DNA from: Candidatus Brocadiia bacterium
GTDB taxonomy: Bacteria > Planctomycetota > Brocadiia > SM23-32
Length of the DNA: 41,271 bases
NCBI GenBank assembly: GCA_046538485.1
Contig: JBKHIT010000044.1
Location: forward strand, 1 to 41,271
Direction of reading: 5' to 3'
Below, one piece after another: positions 16,374-26,290 of the stretch. The translations under genes were made by a program, and so were the position numbers. The notes beneath the pieces were generated by a model. The model saw nothing but the letters and a program-made list of their open reading frames with translations. It ran no database searches and was not told the DNA's origin. The first letter of the stretch is position 1. Each line of letters opens with the position of its first letter.

Positions 16374-18089
16374 TCAGTCGATATCTTCGATCCCGCCGGC
16401 CACCCGTAACACTTCTTCCAGCGTTGTTGTACCGGATTGCACTTTGCGCAGACCATCTTCCATAAGCGTCATCATCCCCTGAGCTCGGGCCTTATCGCGC
16501 AATTCACCGGCGGGGGCTTTTTCAAAAGCGAGGTCCCGCAATTCCTGACTCATCTCCATCACTTCGAAGATGGCAATGCGGCCGCGATATCCTGTTCCTG
16601 AGCAGTCGGGGCATCCTTCGCCCCGGTAGAGCGTAACATCCTTCAGCTCTTCCTCACTCCATCCAACGGCCTCGTAGTATTTTTCGGGGTATTCGTGGGG
16701 CTCCTTACAGCTCTTACAGATAGTTCGCACCAGCCGCTGGGCCATTGTTGCCACAACGGACGATGCCACGAGGAAAGGTTTAACTCCCAGGTCGATCAGA
16801 CGTGGGATAGCCGTCGGAGCATCGTTCGTATGCAGGGTGCTGAAAACAAGGTGTCCGGTCAGAGCGGCACGAATGGCAATCTCAGCCGTTTCGGCATCAC
16901 GAATCTCACCGACGAGAATCACTTCGGGTGCCTGTCGCAACATGGCGCGAAGAATCGCGGGGAAGGTTCGGTCAATATCTTCCTGGACCTGGGTCTGATT
17001 TATTCCAGAAAGGTGGTATTCAACCGGATCTTCAGCGGTCAGGATTTTCGTGTCGGGCCGATTGAGTGCGTTAAGAGCCGAATAGAGGGTGGTCGTTTTC
17101 CCGCTACCGGTCGGTCCGGTAACAAGAAAAATTCCGTTGGGCTGGCGAATAATCTCTTCGAAATGGGAAAGGTCATCCTCGTGAAACCCAAGCTCGGTAA
17201 GACTGACCTTAACCGACGCTTTATCGAGGATACGCATCACGATGCTTTCGCCGTCAGTGGTGGGGATATCGCTCACACGGAGGTCGATCTGGCGGCCGGC
17301 GGTTTTCATCAGGATTCGTCCATCCTGAGGACGTCGTTTCTCGGCCAGATCCATATCGGCCATCAGTTTCAGGCGGGCAATGAGGGAATTTTGGAGGCGT
17401 TTCGGAGGCGATTCCACTTCCCGGCACATTCCATCGACCCGATAACGCACGCGGAGGCGGTTTTTAAGCGGTTCTATGTGGACGTCACTGGCGCGGGCGC
17501 GAACGGCTTCCGTGATCAGGAGGTTTACCAGCCGGATAATCGCCCCGTCTTCCGCGAACCCCTCTTCTCCCTCTTCCCCTGTTTCATCGGTGAGCTCGGC
17601 GAAAGAAACTTCGCTCTCGGTGAATTCGCGGAGCATGTTATCGACCGTCGATTCTTCGCTACCGTAGTACCGTTCAATGGCATCTTCAATCGCTTTCTCA
17701 TGAGCCAGAACGGGTTTAATTTCCTGGTTCAGAATGAACTGGAGATTATCGATGGTGCAAAGATCAAGATCGGCAATGGCAATAGTCAGGCTACCGTCCT
17801 TAAGACGAAGAGGCATAATATTGTGCATCTTGGCCGTGTTGCGCGGAACAGCCTCCATGGCTTCGCCTTCAGGCTGGACTTCTTGCAGGTTTACCACGGG
17901 GACATCGAACTGCTCGCCGAGGGCCTTCAGCATGTCCGAATGGTCAACGAACCCGAATTTTACCAGGATCTCACCCAGTTTGAGGTCTTCGCTGGATTTT
18001 TGTTGATACTCCAGAGCGCGGTCAACCTGTTGCTCGTTGACCAACCCTTTTCTGACCATCATTTCACCAATCAGCCGACGCTTCGCCAT
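16374..18089 (-). CDS. pilB: Pilus extension ATPase PilB/GspE (copy 1)
   Basis: Tandem MshEN motif (RLIGEMMVRKGLV...KLGEILVKFGFV), ASDVHIEP, GPTGSGKTTT, LRQAPEVILVGEIRD, tetracysteine motif. Confidence 0.95.
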   Translation of the reverse strand: MAKRRLIGEMMVRKGLVNEQQVDRALEYQQKSSEDLKLGEILVKFGFVDHSDMLKALGEQFDVPVVNLQEVQPEGEAMEAVPRNTAKMHNIMPLRLKDGSLTIAIADLDLCTIDNLQFILNQEIKPVLAHEKAIEDAIERYYGSEESTVDNMLREFTESEVSFAELTDETGEEGEEGFAEDGAIIRLVNLLITEAVRARASDVHIEPLKNRLRVRYRVDGMCREVESPPKRLQNSLIARLKLMADMDLAEKRRPQDGRILMKTAGRQIDLRVSDIPTTDGESIVMRILDKASVKVSLTELGFHEDDLSHFEEIIRQPNGIFLVTGPTGSGKTTTLYSALNALNRPDTKILTAEDPVEYHLSGINQTQVQEDIDRTFPAILRAMLRQAPEVILVGEIRDAETAEIAIRAALTGHLVFSTLHTNDAPTAIPRLIDLGVKPFLVASSVVATMAQRLVRTICKSCKEPHEYPEKYYEAVGWSEEELKDVTLYRGEGCPDCSGTGYRGRIAIFEVMEMSQELRDLAFEKAPAGELRDKARAQGMMTLMEDGLRKVQSGTTTLEEVLRVAGGIEDID

Positions 18090-18276
18090 CGCGGTCTCTC
18101 TGTGATAGAATCTTTATATAAATCGCAACAACCAATAACCACGTTGCTGGCATAGGGCACAAACCCTAAAATAGGCAAAGGGAACTGCTTTTGGCCCGAT
18201 CTTAGATCGATGCCTGTACAGACCTATGCCGAATATATTATAAACACACACCCGCATAGAGCGCAAGGCAAGAATC

Positions 18277-19176
18277 ATGGGGAAAATCAACCGTCTGCTA
18301 TCACCGCAAATGGTCTCGAAAATCGCCACTGTTGTGCTCCGAGCCAGGCATCTTGTGGAAGGGACTTTGAGCGGAATTCACAAGAGCCCCCACAAAGGTT
18401 CAAGCGTCGAGTTTCTGGAACATAAACGCTACACCCCCGGCGACGAAATCAAAAATATCGACTGGAAACTTGTCGCCCGCAGCGATCGGATCTACGTCAA
18501 ACAGTTTGAGGATGAAACGAATCTCAGGGCTATGCTCGTGGTCGATAACAGCCGTTCGATGAATTATGGCCCAACCGGTCGCAAAAAAATCGAATACACG
18601 CAGTTGGCCGCAGCGGCATTCTGCTATCTATTGCTGAGCCAATCGGACGCCGCCGGCCTGCTGAGCCAGCAAGGGGACAAACGGCTCTATGTGCCACCCC
18701 GCGGGAACTGGTCCCACTACCGTGCCATAACCGGCGCTCTGGGGGGGCTGCAAGCCAGGGGGCAAAATCACTGGCTTGACCATCTCATTGAATTGGCGAG
18801 TTCTTTTCGCAAACGCAGCATGTTTCTGATCTTCACCGACTTGCTGGTAGAGCGGGAAGACATGCTCACCGCTTTGCGGTTGCTCAAAGATCGCCGTCAG
18901 GAGGTTTTGATGTTCCATATCCTCCATCCCTACGAAGTCGAATTCCCGTTCGACGGACCGCGGATGTTTCGGGACTTAGAAAATCCCGAGCTTAATATCC
19001 TGGCCGATCCCGAAACCACCCGTCAACAATACCAGGAACGGGTTGATGAACTTAAACGGTTTTACCGGGATAAAATGGCCCGAATGGAGCAAGAATACCA
19101 TTTCCTGCGAACCGATAACCCGCTCGAACAATCACTTGTTCATTATTTGGCTCGCCGCGAGGCCCGGGCTCCGTGA
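18277..19176 (+). CDS. DUF58 (vWA-like) family protein
   Basis: GIHKSPHKGSSVEFLEHKRYTPGDEIKNIDWK...YVKQFEDET...VVDNSRSM. Confidence 0.9.
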   Translation: MGKINRLLSPQMVSKIATVVLRARHLVEGTLSGIHKSPHKGSSVEFLEHKRYTPGDEIKNIDWKLVARSDRIYVKQFEDETNLRAMLVVDNSRSMNYGPTGRKKIEYTQLAAAAFCYLLLSQSDAAGLLSQQGDKRLYVPPRGNWSHYRAITGALGGLQARGQNHWLDHLIELASSFRKRSMFLIFTDLLVEREDMLTALRLLKDRRQEVLMFHILHPYEVEFPFDGPRMFRDLENPELNILADPETTRQQYQERVDELKRFYRDKMARMEQEYHFLRTDNPLEQSLVHYLARREARAP

Positions 19177-19254
19177 AATTCGACCCGCTTTACCCTATAC
19201 TTTCGTATTGCTCTTTCCCCGGTTTACTGAACTTTTCCCTTTCTGAGATCAATC

Positions 19255-20232
19255 ATGAGTATTCTTGTTACAGGTGGAGCGGGTTTCATCGGAAGCCACC
19301 TGCTCGACCGACTGGCCGAACAAAAGCGAGCGGTTATCTGCCTGGATAATTTTAATGACTACTATTCAGCCCGACTCAAGCGTCGCAACATTGACGCCGC
19401 AATGAGTTCCGGGCAGGTCGAATTGGTGGAAGGAGATATTCGGGACAAAAATACCTGCCGCCGGATATTCAAGGACTATGAGGTGGATCGCGTGGTCCAC
19501 CTGGCAGCCCGAGCGGGCGTGCGGCCTTCCATCGAGAAGCCTGTGCTCTACGAACAGGTCAACTGCCAGGGCACAATTCATCTGCTGGAATCGGCCCGCG
19601 AGGCGGACGTTGATATGTTTGTATTTGGCTCCAGTTCATCGGTATATGGAGTCAGCGAACGCATCCCTTTTCAGGAAGATGATCCCGTCGATTTACCCAT
19701 CAGCCCCTACGCAGCCAGCAAAAGGTCCGGAGAACTTTATTGCCGCGCCTGGCATCACCTTTACGGGCTGCCGATCGTTGCGCTCAGATTCTTCACTGTC
19801 TACGGTCCCCGCCAACGTCCGGATCTGGCCATCAGCAAATTCACGCGGCTCATCGAAGCCGGGGAACCGATCCCGATGTTTGGCGACGGATCAAGCCGGC
19901 GCGATTACACGTACGTCAGCGACATTATCGATGGAGTCGTGGCGGCCCTGGACAGCAACCTGAAGTTCGAAATAATCAATCTTGGCAACTCTGATCCGGT
20001 TGAGCTTCAACACTTGATACATCTGATCGAGAAAGCGCTCGGAGAGGAAGCCGAAATCAAGCAGCTCCCGGACCAACCGGGGGACGTCCCTATCACCTAT
20101 GCCGACGTTTCCCGGGCTCAGGAACTGCTAAACTACCGTCCACAAGTGCCCATTGAGGAGGGGATTGAGGCATTTGTCCGGTGGTTTCGACAAAATGGAA
20201 CAGCCCGTTCCCAAGGGAACCAATCGCCATGA
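19255..20232 (+). CDS. NAD-dependent nucleotide-sugar epimerase/dehydratase (UDP-glucuronate 4-epimerase-like)
   Basis: ILVTGGAGFIGSH, HLAARAGVRPS, SSSSVYG, YAASK, RFFTVYGPRQRPD. Confidence 0.92.
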   Translation: MSILVTGGAGFIGSHLLDRLAEQKRAVICLDNFNDYYSARLKRRNIDAAMSSGQVELVEGDIRDKNTCRRIFKDYEVDRVVHLAARAGVRPSIEKPVLYEQVNCQGTIHLLESAREADVDMFVFGSSSSVYGVSERIPFQEDDPVDLPISPYAASKRSGELYCRAWHHLYGLPIVALRFFTVYGPRQRPDLAISKFTRLIEAGEPIPMFGDGSSRRDYTYVSDIIDGVVAALDSNLKFEIINLGNSDPVELQHLIHLIEKALGEEAEIKQLPDQPGDVPITYADVSRAQELLNYRPQVPIEEGIEAFVRWFRQNGTARSQGNQSP

Positions 20233-21497
20233 GATCCGAATCCGACAACGAAATTTTCAGCAGCATACCGGAAATTCTCAGAGAAATTCGCGACGGCCAT
20301 TTTGTCATTATTGTTGATGACGAAAACCGGGAGAACGAGGGGGATCTTGCGCTCGCGGCCGAACATGTTACCCCGGAGAGTATTACGTTCCTGCTCAACG
20401 AAGCCAAAGGATTTTTGTGCCTCGCTATCGACTCAAATATCGCCGATCAACTCGATCTTCCGCCGATGGTTTCCGAAAACCGAAGCCAGTTCGGCACCCC
20501 CTTTACGGTATCGGTGGACGCGCGAAACGGTATCACGACGGGGGTAAGCGCGCACGATCGAGCTCGTACGGTCCAAACTATAATCGATGAAGGGGCCTCG
20601 CCCGAGGATCTGGTGCGGCCCGGGCATATAATGCCCCTGGCCGCTCGTTCCGGCGGCACACTTGTGCGTGCGGGCCACACCGAGGCCGCGGTCGACTTGT
20701 CCCGAATGGCCGGCCTGCGACCGGCGGCCGTTATCTGCGAAGTAATGAACCCTGACGGCACGATGGCGAAACTGCCTGACCTGGAAAAAATGGCCGACAA
20801 ATTCGACCTCAAAATATGCTCAATTGTGGATATCATCCAACACCGACACCGTTCCGAATACCTGGTCGAAAAAACCGTTTGTGTGGATTTGCCGACGCGG
20901 TGGGGGCATTTTAAGCTTCATTACTATCGTTCCGATGTGGACGACAGGGAACATATTGCCATCTGTTGCGGTGAATTTGGGACGGACGATTCTTCACCGG
21001 CCCCGCCGATACAAGACCCCGTGCTTGTACGGGTCCACGATGAGTGTTTTACGGGCGATATTCTTGGCTCGCTCCGCTGCGATTGCGGTGAACAGCTCCA
21101 CGAATCCCTCCGGATGATACAGGAAGAGGGTCGTGGGCTTGTTCTTTACATGCGACAAGAAGGTCGGGGCATCGGATTGGAACATAAACTTCATGCCTAC
21201 GTGCTCCAGGACCAGGGGTACGATACAGTTGAGGCCAATGAAGAGCTGGGGTTCCCCCCCGATAAACGTGAGTATGGCGTGGGGGCCCAGATTCTGCGCC
21301 ATCTTGGCGTTCGCCGAATGCGGTTGATCTCAAATAACCCAAAAAAATTCAAAGCGCTACGGGGTTATGGGCTCGAAATCGTTGAACGCGTCCCTCTCGA
21401 AATTCCCCCACGTGAAGAAAATATTCGTTACCTGCGGACCAAGAAGGAAAAACTGGGCCATATGCTCAAACTCGAAGATTCCGAAGATGAGGTGTGA
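20229..21497 (+). CDS. ribBA: Bifunctional DHBP synthase / GTP cyclohydrolase II
   Basis: VDDENRENEGDL, RAGHTEA, VRVHDECFTGD..GSLRCDCG, RQEGRGIGL; ATGA overlap with the upstream gene. Confidence 0.96.
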   Translation: MRSESDNEIFSSIPEILREIRDGHFVIIVDDENRENEGDLALAAEHVTPESITFLLNEAKGFLCLAIDSNIADQLDLPPMVSENRSQFGTPFTVSVDARNGITTGVSAHDRARTVQTIIDEGASPEDLVRPGHIMPLAARSGGTLVRAGHTEAAVDLSRMAGLRPAAVICEVMNPDGTMAKLPDLEKMADKFDLKICSIVDIIQHRHRSEYLVEKTVCVDLPTRWGHFKLHYYRSDVDDREHIAICCGEFGTDDSSPAPPIQDPVLVRVHDECFTGDILGSLRCDCGEQLHESLRMIQEEGRGLVLYMRQEGRGIGLEHKLHAYVLQDQGYDTVEANEELGFPPDKREYGVGAQILRHLGVRRMRLISNNPKKFKALRGYGLEIVERVPLEIPPREENIRYLRTKKEKLGHMLKLEDSEDEV

Positions 21498-21566
21498 GTT
21501 CTCGAGAGAGGGGACCCCGCACTTCAACCTGATTGGTTTCAAAGCTATTGCGAAAGGAACAAGAAC

Positions 21567-22958
21567 TTGGCAAGTATTCAGGAACCCGCAAGAAACCTCG
21601 AAGTTATTGCTGAAGCCGACGTCGTGGTCGCCGGAGGCGGCCCCGGTGGCTGGCCGGCGGCGGTGGCCGCCTCGCGCCAGGGTATGTCAACTGTCCTGAT
21701 TGAACGTTACGGTTTCCTGGGAGGCATGGCGACAGCTGGCCTTATCGGTCCCGTCCTCGGACATACTGCCCACAGCAGCGACACCCCCATTCTCGGCGGG
21801 ATACCCCGGGAAATGTGCGAAACTCTCCACAAACATGGTGGTGCTCCCGCGTGGAACGATGCCATAAAAGATTGGGGCGTGCGTTTCGAGCCAGAAATTA
21901 TGAAGGTTGTCCTCGATGAAATGGTGGCGCAGGCAAATGTTCAGTTTTTGCTTCACTCATGGGTCGCCGATGCGCTGGTTGAGAACGACCGCATTCGGGC
22001 CCTCGTGATCGAGAACAAATCGGGGCGTCAGGCTGTTATCGGGAAAGCGTTTATCGACGCAACCGGGGATGCCGACGTGGCCTTTCGCGCCGGAGTTCCA
22101 ACGCATTCTGGCCGCCCCCAAGACGGACGCCCAATGGCAATGGGATCAATGTTTAAAGTCGGAGGGGTGCAAAAACTATCCAAAAAACAGCGCGAAAAAG
22201 GTGCCGACGCAATGAGCGAAGCCCGCGAAAGCGGTGAACTTCTCATTTACAATCCGGGCATAGAGACGCGTTCTTCAACAACGCGTCAGGATTATATCAC
22301 TCCTAACATGACCCGCCATGCCGGGGATCCGACCGATGCCATCTCGCTGACACAAGCCGAGATTACCGTGCGCAGAGAAATGTACGATATCGTCGAAAAA
22401 TACCGCGATGCGGTCCCGGGGTATGAAGATGCGCACATTGCCGCGTTACCAACGCAAATCGGCCTCAGAGAATCGCGTCAGATCGAAGGGCTGTATACGT
22501 TTACAGGCAACGACGTAGTCGAAAGCCAGAATTTCGATGACGTCATTGCACTCGGTTCGTGGTGGATCGACATTCATTGCCCACTCGGCAAAGTAACCGG
22601 TGGAGTCCATGTCTGCCGTGCATCCTGTCCTGCCGACCCTCTCTGCGATATGCTGGCCGAACACAAAGGTGAACTGCCTGATCGATTGAGGCCGGATGAA
22701 GGGGAGTATTACGATATTCCCTTCCGAAGCCTTGTCCCGCGCCAGATCGACAATCTTTTGGTCTCAGGCCGATGCATATCGGCGGACAACCAGGGGATGG
22801 CCGGGACGCGAGTGATGGGAACATGCATGGCAATCGGCGAGGCCGCTGGCACGGCCGCGGCGCTGGCCGCTGATCGTGATATTGCCATGTCTGAAATGGA
22901 TATCAGTCTGTTACAGGCCAAACTCGAAGCTGCAGGAGCACTGCTGGGGGCTGAATAA
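21567..22958 (+). CDS. FAD-dependent oxidoreductase
   Basis: DVVVAGGGPGG, LIERYGFLGGMATAG, FIDATGDADVA, NLLVSGRCIS; TTG start after AAAGGA. Confidence 0.9.
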   Translation: MASIQEPARNLEVIAEADVVVAGGGPGGWPAAVAASRQGMSTVLIERYGFLGGMATAGLIGPVLGHTAHSSDTPILGGIPREMCETLHKHGGAPAWNDAIKDWGVRFEPEIMKVVLDEMVAQANVQFLLHSWVADALVENDRIRALVIENKSGRQAVIGKAFIDATGDADVAFRAGVPTHSGRPQDGRPMAMGSMFKVGGVQKLSKKQREKGADAMSEARESGELLIYNPGIETRSSTTRQDYITPNMTRHAGDPTDAISLTQAEITVRREMYDIVEKYRDAVPGYEDAHIAALPTQIGLRESRQIEGLYTFTGNDVVESQNFDDVIALGSWWIDIHCPLGKVTGGVHVCRASCPADPLCDMLAEHKGELPDRLRPDEGEYYDIPFRSLVPRQIDNLLVSGRCISADNQGMAGTRVMGTCMAIGEAAGTAAALAADRDIAMSEMDISLLQAKLEAAGALLGAE

Positions 22959-23035
22959 CGAAACTGGCCCGGAAGAGCTTTCTGCCTATCATGACAAACC
23001 ACTGGAAACCCGATTTCGTATCACGTATAAATGGT

Positions 23036-23064
23036 TTGACCGTGCAGCAGCCTTATCGTATGAT
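23036..23064 (+). promoter_or_regulatory. Putative sigma70 promoter upstream of the kinase
   Basis: TTGACC-N17-TATGAT. Confidence 0.55.
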
Positions 23065-23294
23065 TTCGTAGTGCTTGGCCCGCCCGGTTTTTTGGCCGAG
23101 AAAATCTGCGAACGGTATTTACCAAAATACATTCATTAACCTGACAAAAGGTGCTTCAAGTTATCCGTAAAATCCGCGCGGGAGGCAAGATAGGGAGCTT
23201 TAGTGGCATTACATAGGTATACAGAGGCCAAAACACGTTTTGGTGAATTTTCATTTACCCTGTATTTTTCAAACACGGGCGACGGGGGTCCGAT

Positions 23295-24758
23295 ATGGGC
23301 GAGCAGGATGCGGAGCAAGTTTTCGCACAAATAGCTTCCCAAAAGGGGTTTTTGAGCGAAGATCAAATCGAAGAGTGCAGCCGGGTATACCGGGAACTTG
23401 CCAGCAGTGGGGAACCACGGCAAAGCTTGGTTCGCATAGCATACGACAGAGGTTATTTGAGTCGGGAGCAACTCCAGGAGTTTCGAGACGAACTTCGTGA
23501 GAGGGGTATCTACCCACGCATGGGCGGGTATGAACTCATAGAAAAACTCGGGAGGGGCTCAATGGGGCTGGTCTACAAAGCCAACCAACTTTCCCTTCAG
23601 CGAACGGTCGCTCTGAAAATCCTTGAGCCGAAATACTTCCGGGACGACAAATACGTCGAACGATTCCGTCAGGAAGCTCTTCTCGCCGCCAAACTCAATC
23701 ATTCGAACGCCGTACAAATCTACGACGTGGAACAAATCAAAAACCGACATTTCATCGTCATGGAGTATATCGATGGAGAATCGGTTCGCAAGGTGCTGAA
23801 AAGGGGAAGAATACCCGAACGCCGATCGCTGGAGATCGTAAGGGACATCTCGAATGCTCTCGGCAAAGCTCATGAGAAGGGTATTATCCACCGCGACATC
23901 AAACCGGCCAATATCCTCATCAACTCCGATGGTGTCCCGAAGATATCGGATCTCGGTCTGGCAAAAGATATGAGCGCCGGAGTAGGAGAGGATATTGAAG
24001 AGACTTCGATGGCCGTAGGCACACCCCGGTTTATGTCCCCGGAACAATGTCGTGGCGAAACCGATATCGACCGACGTTCAGACATCTATTCTCTCGGTAT
24101 TACACTCTTCGAAATGGTCTGCGGGGATCCTCCCTTTACGGCGCCAACGCGACGAAAAACAATCGAAAAACACGTCCATGAACCACTCCCGAACCCTGGT
24201 TCGTTTTATCATTCGCTTTCCGATGGCACATGCCGCCTTTTGAAGAAAATGACCTCGAAGGATCCTGACGATCGTGTTCAACGGTGCGACGAACTGGTGG
24301 ATTTGATTGAAGCGATCCTCGTCGGAGGAGGGATTCCGGAAGCCCTCAAAGTTGTCACGCGCCCAAGATCAGATCAGGGGGAAGAAAAAACCTCAGATCA
24401 AAAATCCACAGGGGCTGTAATGGGCAAATCGGACATCCGTATCGACAGCTCCCATCTGAAAAATGCACGCGAAAGCCAGGGAGAAAAAGCAAAATCAGCA
24501 GAAATGAAAGACGAAGATCTGGCCTTCGAGGAAACAGATTTTGAGGTAAATGTTGGAAAAGTAGTGGACGAGAGCGGAGCTCAGAATGGTGGGGAAGAAC
24601 TCAAGGAAGCCGATTGGAATACTACAGGAGCGGCAACAACCCCGGGAAAAACCGGTGGAACCCGTTCATGGCCACTGTCACTCTGGGCCATCGGTCTCGG
24701 CATAGGACTGGTCGTGCTCCTTATCCTGCTTGTGCTTTTGGTCATCGGGGCCCTGTAA
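23295..24758 (+). CDS. Membrane-anchored Ser/Thr protein kinase (Hanks type)
   Basis: LGRGSMGLVY, VALK, HRDIKPAN, DLGLA, GTPRFMSPEQ, DIYSLG; C-terminal hydrophobic helix. Confidence 0.95.
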   Translation: MGEQDAEQVFAQIASQKGFLSEDQIEECSRVYRELASSGEPRQSLVRIAYDRGYLSREQLQEFRDELRERGIYPRMGGYELIEKLGRGSMGLVYKANQLSLQRTVALKILEPKYFRDDKYVERFRQEALLAAKLNHSNAVQIYDVEQIKNRHFIVMEYIDGESVRKVLKRGRIPERRSLEIVRDISNALGKAHEKGIIHRDIKPANILINSDGVPKISDLGLAKDMSAGVGEDIEETSMAVGTPRFMSPEQCRGETDIDRRSDIYSLGITLFEMVCGDPPFTAPTRRKTIEKHVHEPLPNPGSFYHSLSDGTCRLLKKMTSKDPDDRVQRCDELVDLIEAILVGGGIPEALKVVTRPRSDQGEEKTSDQKSTGAVMGKSDIRIDSSHLKNARESQGEKAKSAEMKDEDLAFEETDFEVNVGKVVDESGAQNGGEELKEADWNTTGAATTPGKTGGTRSWPLSLWAIGLGIGLVVLLILLVLLVIGAL

Positions 24759-24907
24759 AGCGGTCAGATGGAAAGCGCAACATTGAGATTGATACCGAAT
24801 TTGATGAAAAACGGCTGGAATTTCAGCGTCATTTCGTGTAACTATATAAATAGAGCCTTCTTTAAAAAATTAAATGAAACCATTCCGTAGTCGCAGAGGA
24901 GGAGAAC

Positions 24908-25990
24908 ATGGCGGACGAACGAATCAGCGAAGAAGAGCTGATGGATCGCTGGAGTATTTCCCCAACGGGCCTTGATCGATTGATCGAAGACGGTCATCTT
25001 AAAGTCAAGAGTGAAGAAGAGGGAACTCGCTATTTCGACAGCTATGAAATCGAAAGTGTTGAAGCGATGAAAGGCGGAAGAGATTTCGTCTCAGCCCGGG
25101 AAGCCGTTGAAGAACTCGGGATCCCCGAAGATGATCTCGAAAATGCGGTCGACTCAGGAGCTGCTACACTTTATCGTTTCGGCGATGAAGCTCGGTATGC
25201 TCGAAACCGACTGGAAGAATTGCGCGACAAAATGGGGGCTGATGTCGAAGACTCCTCGGATAAAACTCAGGCCATCAATGAAGATGAACTCTTTGATTTC
25301 GGCGATGAAATCGATGCCGAACTCGGACTCGAGGAAGAAGAGGAGGATCTTACTGAAAGCGACCTCATCAGTGGGCCCGTAGAACCCACGGGTATGGGGA
25401 GCGAAGAGGAAGAGGAGGAGGAAGAAATATCGGGGGAAGAGGAAGAAGTTGCGGAAGCGGATATGATAACTGAAGTCGTCGATGTAAGCGGGCTGGAAGC
25501 CGGGGAAGAAGACCTGCTGGGCGATATTATCGAAGACGTCGGCTCCGATATCGAAGATGAAGCTGAATCGACGGGCGACCTTGTCGGCGAAGAAACCGTT
25601 GATATGGATACCGGCCAGGAGGCTACAGCGGATATTACTGAGCTGGATGCGGAAACAATTGATGAAACCTGGGATGAAGGGCAGCGAACAGCTGATATTA
25701 CCCAGCTGGAAGAAGAAACCTTCGAGGGTGAAGAATTGGAAGACATTCTTGCCGGCGAAGAAGAACTTCACGGTGAGGTAGAAGAAGAGGAAGATTTCGA
25801 TGTGCCATACGGAGCTCCCGTGGCTACCGAAGCGGAAGCTCCCGTATCAACCTGGGTTGTTCTGCTGCTCGTGGTGGTAGTACTCGCTCAAGTTCTCGCA
25901 GCGATATTTGTCGCCGAAAACGTTCTCCAACCCGAGCGCAGCACTGGACTCGCAAAACATCTGAATATATTCGCCGAAAAAGCGGAATAA
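24908..25990 (+). CDS. Acidic membrane protein with two N-terminal MerR/excisionase-like HTH repeats
   Basis: ISEEELMDRWSIS...LIEDGHL...RYF and VSAREAVEELGIP...VDSG...RY; long Glu/Asp linker; TM segment WVVLLLVVVVLAQVLAAIFV; RBS GAGGAGGAG. Confidence 0.7.
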   Translation: MADERISEEELMDRWSISPTGLDRLIEDGHLKVKSEEEGTRYFDSYEIESVEAMKGGRDFVSAREAVEELGIPEDDLENAVDSGAATLYRFGDEARYARNRLEELRDKMGADVEDSSDKTQAINEDELFDFGDEIDAELGLEEEEEDLTESDLISGPVEPTGMGSEEEEEEEEISGEEEEVAEADMITEVVDVSGLEAGEEDLLGDIIEDVGSDIEDEAESTGDLVGEETVDMDTGQEATADITELDAETIDETWDEGQRTADITQLEEETFEGEELEDILAGEEELHGEVEEEEDFDVPYGAPVATEAEAPVSTWVVLLLVVVVLAQVLAAIFVAENVLQPERSTGLAKHLNIFAEKAE

Positions 25991-26180
25991 AACTGTCGTT
26001 TCATGGGTCGGTTCGTCGGCCCAAAATCAGTCCCGCCCAATCTCTCGACACAGAGACGAGTCCTCCCAAACTGTTTCCGACCGGCGGCCTTTCTCTACCC
26101 TTCACTTATATGAGTCAGAAATTATTTTCCCCTCCACCAAATGAAAGACAAAAGCGGGGCGCCTGTGTTTGCAAAGGCAT

Positions 26181-26208
26181 TTGACTCAACTTTGCTCGGC
26201 TTTATACT
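26181..26208 (+). promoter_or_regulatory. Putative sigma70 promoter
   Basis: TTGACT-N16-TATACT upstream of the isomerase gene. Confidence 0.45.
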
Positions 26209-26290
26209 TCAACATCTCCGTGTTTAATACGTTGCGAACCGTCACCATTCATATCTTTCTTTTTTTTCTCTCGCAGGAGGGGAGTTGTCA

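Noticed and set aside
16695..18155. 486 aa plus-strand ORF, and similar antisense ORFs over pilB, pilT, pilC and the MscK-like gene
   Set aside because: Fully antisense to well-supported genes; expected from codon bias.
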